DNA of 63,755 nt, the filler included, from Perkinsus chesapeaki ATCC PRA-425 (Eukaryota > Protista > Perkinsozoa), in NCBI GenBank assembly GCA_013115145.1. It is 6 parts of 6 records of this genome, joined end to end, with 100 filler letters (N's around TTAATTAATTAA, not from the genome) between each part and the next. Parts side by side here need not be neighbours in the genome. Positions count along the whole stretch, not along the records: positions 43,719 to 52,846 come from JAAPAO010000948.1; positions 52,947 to 60,881 come from JAAPAO010001006.1; 4 more parts are not named here. The stretch is one strand, 5' to 3'. Position 1 is the first letter of the stretch, and each line of letters opens with the position of its first letter. The notes under the pieces are model-generated. The model worked only from the letters and a program-made list of their open reading frames with translations, made no database searches and had not been told where the DNA came from. A program made the translations under genes and the position numbers. Positions 49,384-60,476 of this stretch are shown here, piece after piece.

Positions 49384-50360
49384 ATGATTGCATGGAGATG
49401 CCTCTTGAAGGCTCGGCAGGCAAGAGGCCTCTCGTCATTCGCTGGCTCCTTCTTGGACAACACTCTGAATGATATACTTCGTACCGATACTCCACCACAT
49501 ACACTTTTGCTTCTGGATGGTGTGAGGTAATTAACTCGGTCTCTCCATTATAGTACTTGAGTCGCTTGGGAGGTACCCAGGTAACGTTGGCAATATCTTG
49601 GCCAACGCTGGCAAGCTTGGATGCTCCGCAGTGTTAGTTGGTGACTCTCGAGGCGCCCAACGATACTCGAGGTGATTACTCTGTACGGTTGAATTCGCAC
49701 GATGCTTGTTTATGTTAGAGACTTTGCGTTGTCGGCTCTGTGCTCATCTAATCTGGTACGTCGTGGCGGCATACCTCTTTTACTTGACGTCGATTATGCA
49801 AGTACAATTCGTTACCTGAGAGAGGAGTACGATTACTATGTTGTTGTTGTGGAGAACAAAGAGGTCGCCATTGAATATAATGTAAGGGTGGATCAGTCTC
49901 CTTTTGGGTTTTTAAGGGTGGTCCACGCCACCAGCGTCTCCTTCTGAACGCTATCTGGCAGTTACCGTTTGTCGACCTTAGCTGTGAGGCAGCTGTCCAA
50001 GACGTTCTTTCTTCTAGTCGGCTTTTACTAGTTGGTGGAGGGGAACTTGAAGGCGTTGGTCCTTCCATTCCACCGGCAGCGAGTGTGATACTAAGCGTAG
50101 GTTAAGACAGTTTCACAGCGGGTGAGGTGTCGTTTCAGATCCCCACAGTGTTCGACCACCACCACAGTTACAACGTATGCAGTGCTATGACTCTGGCCAT
50201 GTTTGAGCGTTACCGACTAACCAGAGACTGGCATCGTCCCCCTTGCATTCCACCTCTGCTCGATACCGAATTATCTTCATTGAAAGCCGAGAGGGTGCGA
50301 GCTAGATTAAAGGAGCATGACATTGTTTCTGATGGCCAAATTCAGTTCCCTGTTTCCTGA
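49384..50360 (+). CDS. SpoU/TrmH-like homologue, copy 3
   Basis: PHTLLLLDGV|..GNVGNILANAGKLGCSAV, LLLVGGGELEG and HSYNVCSAMTLAMFERYRLTRDWHRPP. N-terminus MIAWRCLLKARQARGLSSF. Confidence 0.75.
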
Positions 50361-50409
50361 CTGGCGACAACTCGTGTTGCCTCTTCAAAGACCACGCTAG
50401 CGTCCGCAT

Positions 50410-51390
50410 TCATTGGATTTCAGCTCCTATGCTACTTGTTTCACGGTTAGCATGTTCTCGGAGTTCCGAAAAATCTTCTCGAGCATTAAAACGGAAAGCT
50501 TGCCGCAGACCATAGTTCTGCTTGACGGGGTGCAGTGAGTAGCTGACTGTAGTTTCAAGGAGGCTGCGTATAGGTACCCCGGCAACGCAGCAAGGCTCAT
50601 ACGGTATGGCCACAGTTTTGGAGTAACAGCTGTTATCATAGCCGAGCAAATGCTTACCGAGTGAGGTCGAGCTCGTAGTCTATGTTTTAAAAACCTTCGC
50701 TGCGCCGTCCGATATATTCCCATCGATTGCTCATTTCACGCTCGATACGTTACCGTTGAGTTAGGTTGCCGAAGTGGAGCCGTTTTCAGGGATTTTTACC
50801 GCCGCACGCTCGAGTATGCTCATTACAGTGATCTCGGTGGGCCAAAGATTAGTGGTGCCATCAATCTTCTTGAGGTCACGAACGTTCTGAAAAATGACTA
50901 CGGCTACACAGCATGCGCGCTGGAAAATAAGGAAGAGGCCATCGCCCTTGGGGTAGGTAAGCAGACTTGTGTTGTCGTTCTTACCACTGTTAGTTTTACC
51001 AGGTCCCGTGGATTGACTTGACCGACACGTCAGCCACTTCATCGTACTTGAACTCTCCACGCATGTTGTTCATTGCTGGAGGAGAGGCTAGTGGGGTATC
51101 GCATGACATATTGGAGATTGTCGACTGCGTTATGAGTGTGAGTTTTCGATAATGTCTTTTCGGTGGAGCAGTGATAGGCTCAACGCTTTGTGAGCAAGCG
51201 ATGCCATTCGAAGCACTTTGCTGTAGATACCAACATCCATTGGCACCCATCATAGCTTTAATGTCAGCTATGCGTTGTCGATAGCTCTCTTTGAGCGCTT
51301 CAAGTGCACGGATACTTCGTCTACGACCATTCGAGAGGATAGTGTGGAATAGGCAACACCCTTTGCCAGTGGTGCATGTGTTTCAACAAC
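50410..51390 (-). CDS. Hypothetical multi-exon gene
   Basis: Exon-like frames such as MKRLLKHMHHWQR and RSIRALEALKESYRQRIADIKAMMGA, with GT-AG introns. No family recognised. Confidence 0.35.
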
Positions 51391-51477
51391 CGTTTCATAC
51401 TCTAACGTTTGACGTGGAGTTTGATTTACTCATTCATAAATTCTTCAACTGTATAGTTCTGACTTACCTCCTCGTAA

Positions 51478-52790
51478 ATGAGTAGCAGTCGAGCCCTCAT
51501 CCACGCCGCTGGGGAGGGCCTTCTCACTTCGGCTGCAGCCCGCTGCTCGGCGAGTGATGTGATACCGCGAGCAATGACTGCTGAGGATGTACCACGAATA
51601 GCATGCAGGACACTTCAGAAGATGACCACCAGCTTCGAGTGGCTTGCCAGAAGAATCTCTTTATCCGGGCAGATGTCCCGCTCGCAGGTGCGGTTTGGTT
51701 GGCCAGCACACGTTCACATTGTTGATTCTCAGGCAGAAGCAGCCATAACGAACGGCGAGGTTATTGTTGACGGGCAGGTGGTCCGCCATAACGTACAAGT
51801 ATCAGATCATTGTGACGTGATATGTCGAGACCAAGCAGTAGAGCCACCTGGGTAGGTATTCTCATAACACTCGATTATTATAACAATAGGGACCCTAAGA
51901 TTTGGCTTATAAATAAACCTAGAGGTGTCGTCTGCAGTGCTACACGAATACGTGGTCTCACCACCCTACCTGACCTTTTTGAGATATGGCACAAACGCCG
52001 AGTAACTCAACCTGATAAACTGTGGTACACTTCACTGCTCTTTCACAGGCACACGAGCTGAGTCATAATATAAACAACGTTGATGTGATACCACCTCACT
52101 TCATCGTTGTCAACCCGATCCCTATCATGTGTTATGGTCTGGTTGTTCTCACTAATGACGGTGAATTCGCTCATAACTTGACACACCCTCGAAGCAAGGT
52201 CCTTAGTAAGTTTAGGTGACCTTTGATTAGCCATGCGTCGATGCAACTCTGTCAGGTGTTTTCTTGCTACGAGTTAAAGGACGGCTGCCGGAAGATCGAT
52301 TTAAAAGTTGGAGACGAAAGGAGGGCGTTCAAGTCGGCAATGTCGACTACGGTCAAGTAACGAAAGGGTAGGACAAACTTCGTGGAGATCTACTTTAGGT
52401 GTTCGTGGGTATCGACAAGCGGCCTAGCGAGGAGGTTACCTGGCTTCGGGTGAGGCTCGTTATGACCAAGGATAAAAATCTTGTGAAGCTCTTTCGAGAC
52501 ACTTACAAATTGCGGGTAGCTCCAGAAGACGTTCCCAGAGGTGGAAGAGACCCGCGAGTGATTAGGTCACGAAGATCAATTCTAGCTCTTTTGGGCCTTA
52601 CCGATCGAGTACAGCGTACATTGACTACATCTGTCCCCAACCGGTAAACACCCACGTCCGACATCTGGCTCCGAGACGGATTGCACGAGATGCTCTGATG
52701 GCTGCCAAAGGTGTGACTGGCTGCCTGCTGACTCTGCTGTAGAACCCCTTTAGGCACTCTGGTTAATCCTATAACTGGTGAGTTCGTATC
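51478..52790 (+). CDS. S4 + RsuA/RluB-family pseudouridine synthase homologue lacking the catalytic Asp; 3' end approximate
   Basis: S4: SRSQAEAAITNGEVIVDGQV. Core: WLINKPRGVVCS, VVNPIPIMCYGLVVLTNDGEFAHNLTHP, VFLLRVKG, TWLRVRL and SFGPY. Confidence 0.85.
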
Positions 52791-52846
52791 CATCTTCGAT
52801 CAAGCCCGCCATTCACTGGCTATCGGAGAAGCCCCACCGCCTCAAA

Positions 52847-52946
52847 NNNNNNNNNNNNNNNNNNNNNNNNNNNNNNNNNNNNNNNNNNNNTTAATTAATT
52901 AANNNNNNNNNNNNNNNNNNNNNNNNNNNNNNNNNNNNNNNNNNNN
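52847..52946. other. Artificial contig spacer
   Basis: 44 N + TTAATTAATTAA + 44 N. Confidence 0.99.
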
Positions 52947-53335
52947 TCGATGAACCCTCAATTGCATATCTGTATGCCATGCTCACTTTAGCAGGGTTCT
53001 TTATCGGTGGTGCGGCTAATGTTGTATCTTCCGCTGTTTGCACCGACTTGGGCCGGCGGGATGCTCTTAAAGGGAATCGAGATGCTGTCAGCCAAATAGC
53101 AGGTATCATTGATGGTGTTGGTGCATGTGGTGCAGCTATCCAACAAGGTTTAGTATCTTGGATAGCTACTTACAGTTGGGATGGTGTATTCATACTCTTG
53201 CCCGCGGCTCTTGGCATATCTTGTGTGCTGATAGCCAGGGTAGCATACCAGGAAAGCAAAGCTTATATTACCACTAGATATCGTCGGAAATTGTCTTCCG
53301 ACAACGTAATATTGCCGTCAAAAGTCTCTTCATGA
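52947..53335 (+). CDS. SLC37/GlpT-like sugar-phosphate MFS transporter, copy A (3' part only)
   Basis: GFFIGGAANVVSSAVCTDLG...VSQIAGIIDGVGACGAAIQQ, near-identical to the copy B C-terminus. Confidence 0.85.
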
Positions 53336-54173
53336 GCTTGTTATGTAAATGGCGTGAGCAACTGTTTTTAGTGCGATCGTGTTTATATGTATCCATGACG
53401 TATTATCTTGGAGTAGCCCGGGAATCGTTCCACGTGAACACCGGGGAGCCTCTTCATCATACATAAAACGATATTTGTGTTGGCTTGTAGTTATATCACA
53501 TCAACAATCATCAACGGGCCAAACTTAAGATACCTAATTCATACCTCAAGCGTTGTTCTTCATTGCGCCGCGCCCCCCCCCCTGTACATGCGTGCACAGC
53601 TGATTCCCCTTGCGAGAGTAAGTTTGAGTAAGAGGAAGCCTTTACTGGCTCCCTTGTTGCCTCGCGTTGGTCTCCTTGAACGAATAACAACCAACACGTG
53701 GCCACACTGATCCTTGTCTTACCTTGAAATAATTACAGAATCGACGCTGTCGGGATATCGTGTATGCCTCCTGGTGTGCACACTGCAGCCTCCTGGCTCA
53801 CCTACCATCACAAGATCACCACTTTTAAAAGTGGATACGATGCTTCGTAGATCCATCATTCATCCTACTACTGTTTTCCAACTTGGGGTTCTTGTTCGGA
53901 AGCACGGCGATGTCACCGCTTACCTGTGACCGCCACAAAGCTACACTTAGTTGTACAACTTATCCTCAGACCGCTATCTTGAATCGGTGGATCATCACTA
54001 ACCATACACCGTTACGAGTACGACGCTGTCTTCAAGCCAAGCAGCGAGTAAGAGATCAACTGAATCATTAGCGTCTCCGCGTTACAACTGGTGTGCCACA
54101 ACGTGACACTTCGGTCACCCATGAAGCGCGTCACCCTCGTTGGCCCAACACAGTAAAATTCGAAGCCTTTCTC

Positions 54174-55592
54174 ATGTGCGCTCCATTGAGAGCTCAGCGC
54201 GGGCGCTCACAGGTATGGTCTCAAATCGTTGCGTTCGTTTTGACGTTCTTGGTGAGTGTTATGATCCACGCAGCCCGCAAGTCGATCTCAAGCGTGGCGC
54301 CTCTCCTTAAGGACTCTCAATTTGGTTACCCTACTACCTTCTTCGGTGTAATGGACCTGGTGTTCATGCTTTCCTATGCTATTGGTATGATATTCACCAC
54401 TGTGCTTGGGGACATATATAATCCGTTAATTGTAACACTATTAGCTGCAGCATTGGCTGCTATGTTCCAATGCATACTCGGGGTTCTGGTGATCTTCCTT
54501 TATACCCCATCGTATTATTACTTCTACTATTTTATAAATGCGTGCATAGGTGTTTCACAGAGTCCAGTTTGGCCTGCACTTATAAAGGTTATGAGTGACT
54601 ATCTCGGCGTCAATCACTCTGGTGTACTATTCGGTATTTGGGTCACCAGCTCTCCAGTCGGGAATATAGTTGGAGCCAACCTAGCTTCCCTTATGCTCAT
54701 TCTTTTCGGCTCCAGTAGCAAGGCTGTGATACCGGGTACCTTCATAGCTGCGGCGATCTTACTGGTTCTCACCAGCACAGTGACTTACTGCGCCGTGTCA
54801 CCACAGCCTGCGTCTGTAGACTCACCGGCCGCAAGCCATGAGAAAGAACGCTCAGAGTCCAGATTGGCTTCCTCAGGAAACTCCTGCGATAGCTCTCACG
54901 TAGAGCAGGCAGGAACCTTCACTCCCTCAGATGAGGGGAAAATAAACTTCTGGCGCGCGTGGTTCATTCCCGGTGTGATAGTCTACGCTATTGTGACCGC
55001 GTGTGTTAAAGGGGTTGCATATGCCCTATTTTTCTGGCTTCCATTATACCTATACGAGCATGCCAGCATAGCTCCGATGCATGCAAATGTCATGGATACT
55101 GTTTACCACGTTGGTGGAGTCATTGGGAGTCTTGCCTGTGGTTGGCTTTCTGATAGAATGGTCGATGTTCCGGGCTCCGGAAGAGCCCCTGCACTGCTGT
55201 TATTCCAACTACTCGCTCTCATAACTTTATCTTTGATGCACGCGCATCAACCTACTGTAGCGTACCTCTACGTCATGCTGTCCCTGGCCGGTATCTTTGT
55301 TGGTGGTGCTCATGCTATCCTATGCTCTGCGATTTGTACGGATCTAGCTCGACAGGATGCCCTCAGAGGGAACCGTGCTGCGGTCAGTCAAGTGACTGGC
55401 ATAATCGATGGTGTTGGTGCATGTGGTGCAGCTATACAACAAGGTTTAATATCTTGGATAGCTACTTACAGTTGGGACGGTGTATTCATACTCTTACCTA
55501 CCACATTGAGCTTGTCCTGCTTACTGCTAGTCAGGCGAGGATTCGCCGAGACTAAAGCCTTCATCATGAACTTGGGGACTAGTTCAATATAA
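54174..55592 (+). CDS. SLC37/GlpT-like (OPA family) sugar-phosphate MFS transporter, copy B, intronless
   Basis: HAARKSIS, FFGVMDLVFMLSYAIG, QSPVWP, GIWVTSSPVGNIVG, KGVAYALFFWLPLYL, GWLSDR and VTGIIDGVG. Confidence 0.93.
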   Translation: MCAPLRAQRGRSQVWSQIVAFVLTFLVSVMIHAARKSISSVAPLLKDSQFGYPTTFFGVMDLVFMLSYAIGMIFTTVLGDIYNPLIVTLLAAALAAMFQCILGVLVIFLYTPSYYYFYYFINACIGVSQSPVWPALIKVMSDYLGVNHSGVLFGIWVTSSPVGNIVGANLASLMLILFGSSSKAVIPGTFIAAAILLVLTSTVTYCAVSPQPASVDSPAASHEKERSESRLASSGNSCDSSHVEQAGTFTPSDEGKINFWRAWFIPGVIVYAIVTACVKGVAYALFFWLPLYLYEHASIAPMHANVMDTVYHVGGVIGSLACGWLSDRMVDVPGSGRAPALLLFQLLALITLSLMHAHQPTVAYLYVMLSLAGIFVGGAHAILCSAICTDLARQDALRGNRAAVSQVTGIIDGVGACGAAIQQGLISWIATYSWDGVFILLPTTLSLSCLLLVRRGFAETKAFIMNLGTSSI

Positions 55593-56227
55593 GAATTCCG
55601 CAAGTCTGGAAGGCTTGGATTGTATGTACGTAATTTTTCATGTATTAGAAATAAAATGTAACGATCTCAAAACTCCAATTGTTCAATACTTCAGCCACTC
55701 ACATTTCCAGTTCATGCTTTGTATGTCATCAGTTGACTTCTTTTAATATCAGTACCTTACCTGAGTCACTTGTCAAATATTTGCGTTGCCTAATTTCAGA
55801 GTAATACTCGAATCACGTGGTCTTCCAGCTCAGTTTTAGCACGGCAGCTGTTCGTAGGTGGGTTGATCATTGTTAAAGAGCCCAGTCAATGACAGTCTTC
55901 CCCCTGAACGTCGCCCACTTGATTCCAAAGCCGCGGTTGTTTTATCAGCTATTGGCTTTCTCGTGGACGTTTCTGGTTTTCGCTCAAGTCCATTCCACTC
56001 ATAAATCGATCTCTTCTGCAGCTTGTCTCCTCAAGGGTCCCGAGTTTGCCTATCCCACTACATTCTTTGGTGTTATGGATGTCGTCTTTATGCTGGCTTA
56101 TGCCATAGGAATGGTTTTTACTGGAATACTCGGTGATGCGTATAACCCGGTCTATGTTATGCTAGGAGCCGTTATTCTGACAGCTCTAGTGCAATGTATC
56201 TTTGCTGTGCCACGCGTTACTCGCCTT

Positions 56228-59200
56228 GGGTAACGACAAAAACCTAAGGAAAAGTGATAAAACCTAAGGAGAAATTTAAGGAAGTCTTCGCGCGCGCCCA
56301 ACGGGAAAAGTTAAGGAGCTTTTCTCGCTCGCCATGTCGGTGACGTCATCGTCGTTCTTGCGCGCCTTGAATTGGATCTTCGATAATGGCATTTCTTGGC
56401 ATTTGATCATTCTGCATTGCCTGTCAGTATTCTTTCGCTTAAAGCGTTAGTTCCGCATGAAGCCACGTACGGTTTACGGCCCACCTGTCCGGACATTGTG
56501 GTTCGAAGGTGACTGGCTGAAGGCTAATCAGCTTTGGCCACAGGGCAAAATGTTGAAGGAAAAGCTGGAGGAACTGAATGGTTTGAAATTGGTAGCTTAT
56601 GGATCGAATCACAAGAAGGTGAAAGAGAAACATGATTACAATATCTTCAAATGTGCCTCACATATTAATTGTGAGTTTAAGGTGGGTAAAAACAGAGTTC
56701 GCTTCCATGTTAGTTGAAACTTTCAACTACCATACTATCTTAACCTGAAAGGGTTAAGGCATTAGTAAGTAATAATTACCTGCGTATTGTACTCAAGCAG
56801 CAGTGCCGCGGCAGCACCGAAATGTAGTTACGATGGCAGTGCAATCATGGCACACAACTGGACGATTCCAGTACCCGTTTTGAAATGATTACCTTTTACT
56901 AATATCCTACAGACAATGGCCAAGACCCCTTTTCTCTTTCAGATCAAAGCCCTACATAATATTTCGCCAAGCGGCCAGTATGGTGCTGAAATAATGTATT
57001 CGTTAACCTGTCATGCGAGTGATCCTGTACCGGCTACCGGCAAAAAGTACATTAAATTGCCTCCTAATGTATACAAGGAAATGAAACAGAAGCTACAAAC
57101 GCAGAAGCCTAGCAGCGTGCACGGAGAAGTAAGCAGGACCTGTGGGTACTAGAGGCAATTTGTGTATGGGAGTTCCACACGTCTCGATGGGGCTCACTGA
57201 GCGAGTCTCACTGATAGAATTTCATTCCGCGTCAATCCGGCTGATCAATCCGTCGAAGATTGAATGATCGTTCAGATGTACGCTGTTCGGCCCTGCCTGG
57301 CGTATAAATTCCCTGGTATCGCAAAAGCTTTTGCAGGCCGATTTCCAAAGAAATTTTTCTCAGGTCAAAGATCAGATGCCGAAACGATTTAAAGAGCTAA
57401 CTACAGCTATAGCTGATAAGGAGCAGCCCAAACCTAGCACGAATCCGGGTTGTACTCGCCCAGCACCTGATCCTTCCCAGCAATTTTATAAGCACTTAGT
57501 AAATATACGTCGCCATATTAAAGCTTCCAACAAAAGTCCTATATATGACTCTGATGAACTGGCGGAGGCAGTCCTTTCTGCTGGCTTCACCAAAATGGAC
57601 GACGCATCCTTGGTAGCTTTCGGTCAAGCGATTAGGGATACTGCGTATCCTCTAAGACATTCTGATAAAGTTCCTACCGTTTTTTGTAACCTTGGGGAGA
57701 AAATGGTGCAGTCGGCCGATGGAAAGGCCACTTTGGTAATAGTTCTATCATCTACGATAGGACTTGTCAATCTCTATAATACTTTCGAAGGCGGCGCACA
57801 GTCGCCTTTCCTGGGAAAATTGATTGGCGCGATGCGATTTCGCTAAACATAACATCCGCCCGGTTATTTGTGCAGACGGCCACTACCGGAGCTTCCGGGG
57901 CTGCCTGGGAGTGCTCTCCCTAGGCATAGGACACCTTGGAGGGCTCGGAACCGAGGACAGTGCATTCACCTGGAGTTTTGCTCCTGGGCTTATGGCAGTA
58001 ACCATTTCTGAATCCAAAGAAGCAACGAGTTTCCTGTTAGAAACGCTTCACAGAGTCATCTCTGCTTTCCATCCTGAGTCCCCCACAAGCCTCGAGCCGG
58101 CGATCTCTGTGTGTGATTCTCATAAAGGTCTTATAAGCGGCATTACTTCGTACTACGAAGGCCGCGTGCAAGTGATACGATGTCAGTGGCACACTGACGA
58201 AAGTGCCCGAAGGACAAAGACTGGCAGCGGTCGTACTAAAGAACAGCTGATGGGTTATGTGAAAGAGAAAGTGCAAAATTTCTACTCATGTTCCGGTGAG
58301 CAAGCCTTCCAGATATATCGAGATTTGGTTCTTGAAGAGATGAAAGACCTTTATGGTGAAGACATCTCCAAACACTTCGGGAAGTCTTGGGATTCGTCTT
58401 TTGGTACCTTTCACTCTTCGGCAGTGTGGGATTTCGTCGATGACGAAAAGATAACTGGATGCTGTCCACAGTATAACAATGTTTCGGAAGGCCATTTTGC
58501 CCTTCTGAGGAACCGCTTTTTGGATAATAAGCGGCTGTCTATGCGTGAATCTTTGGAAGGAATACGGATGTTTCTGGGAGCTGTCGGTGACTTTGGGTCA
58601 ACGAGCCGTATACACCACCAGTCATCTGGTAGTATGAAATACGCCCATCCGAAGATGAGGATCAAGGCGACGCAGAGGCTGCAGAGTCAGAAGGATGGTA
58701 TCGAGGCACTTTGCAGGGAGATGGACCCTTCGCCATCAGGCTGTAGGGTTTTCTGTGTCAACAGCTCTAAGCGTGCGACTCAACCCCTCACCTTGGCTGA
58801 GTGTACACGTAGGGTTGAATACTCGATTTGCCCAACCCCTGGCGTTTTTGCGTCCCCGGCAGAATACGAAAACGGCATTCTGGGGATCCATGAGGTGGTA
58901 GTTAAGCCTCTTTGTTCGTTGGGGGGCTGGTGTTCGCCGGTATGCTCGTGCCTGAGTTTCCGAAGCTACCTGAGATGCTCGCATGCCTTAATCGTGAGTG
59001 ATGTGATGGAAGGCTGTGTGACGGGGCCCATACTATTCCCAGCTAACCATAAGGGTAGACCAACAATTAGCCGTAACCCTCTAAAGAGACATAAAACGGA
59101 TTGCGAAGCTGCTGCAGCTAATTCTTATAAGCCGGTCGAATCCACTATCTTCCATGAGGCTCCACCCGTGGGTCCTGCCCCACCAGCTAGCCTCATCAAG

Positions 59201-60476
59201 ACTCGAGTACTTCCGGTGCCCACAAGGACACGTGGTCCGTCACAAGTTATCCCGACGTCCACATCTCCGAAGGCCATCAAAAGGTATGCCGAGCGTCGTG
59301 AAGGTAGGTAACAATCGTGGCCCACGAATCGCGGGTAATTCCCTTTGCCTCTCAGTCCTCTCTCGCCGCAAAAGCACGAAAACGGGACGCCATGAACCTG
59401 GAAGGTCATCAAGTAAGGGAGGAGCACATATTTGTCGATCATATCATTGTTATTCTACTTGACCTGAGTTGCCAAGTTCTGTTCTTCAGGTTCCAAATCC
59501 CCTGGACAACCATCCCAAGCGTCTCAATCTGAATTAAGTCCTCCCGATAGCATCGGTAGATTCAACTCTCAAGATAACCAGGGTGGGCAGCTGGCAGGTG
59601 ATATTGTAAAAAGCGTCTCTGACAGAGACGCTGGTTGATTGAGATGAAACAGAGAGTCTCTGTTTCATCTCAATCAACCCTTGTGACGTAGTATTCTATG
59701 TCTCTCCACAGATGCTGGATACGTTTTCCTGGATTTCTCTGCAGAGGAACTGTACGGAGAAAACTACTCGGCAGTATTGTCAGGCACATACGACACATCA
59801 CAGGTAATATCTCGTCGTATCTGAATCTTAGTATCGATGTGTGCTCTGTACGATAGTGCAGTGTAAAGACCGCAACGGTACTACGGAAGTGTTTGCTTTT
59901 AGGCGCAGCATGAGAATGGGGAACCTCTGTAACTCACACCTCGACAACAAGACGTGTTTCGAACGACAAGACTAGAAGTGTTCCTTTGATTCGTTGTTCT
60001 TCAGCCTGATGTCCTTGCTCTTACCTATTATGCTCATTAGGGTAGTGGCACTACCTGAAATGTAGGTTACGTAACGTAGCTGCTCAAAAGTTTCTTTTAT
60101 CTCTCACGGTGAATTGTGACTCACGATTCGTTAGATAGTACGTATCTTACTGAATGCAGTACAGATCGTTTATATCAAAAGTTTATTGCTTTCGTTGGAA
60201 GTAGTTCAATGGTACTTTTGATTATGGCTTTCCGGGATTTGGACACAGTAGGGGCTAACGATAGGGTTAAGCGTTATGTTCACTCGTCAGTAACTAGCGG
60301 TTGGTCTGTACGTGACACCTATGTAGAAATTCAGCAGTAGGACGGAGAAACAGTATACGTAAGTTGGACAATACGGCTCAGTGAACTTCAGCGAATAAAG
60401 CTTCAAACCGAAGGAATGATCCTTAAGTTTTTGTAAAAGTCCTTAAGTTTTGGTAGTTTACCTTAAAAAACTGTAT
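56228..60476 (+). mobile_element. Mutator-like element (MULE), ~4.25 kb
   Basis: Imperfect TIRs GGTAACGACAAAAACCTAAGGA (56229-56250) and, reverse-complemented, GGTAAACTACCAAAACTTAAGGA (60440-60462). 20-bp-period subterminal repeats at both ends. 11-bp direct repeat TTACTCGCCTT at 56217-56227 and 60477-60487. Confidence 0.85.
56457..59311 (+). CDS. MULE (MuDR-family) DDE transposase with SWIM zinc finger; N-terminal part spliced or frameshifted
   Basis: PVICADGHY (D1), VCDSHKGLISGI (D2), IRCQWH (CxxH), NNVSEGHF (E) and SWIM CSCLSFRSYLRCSH. N-terminal KCASHINCEFKV. Confidence 0.88.

Noticed and set aside
57810-57822. G GGA AAA slippery heptamer as a programmed -1 frameshift in the transposase
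   Set aside because: The downstream DDE ORF is in the +1 frame, so a -1 slip does not reach it.
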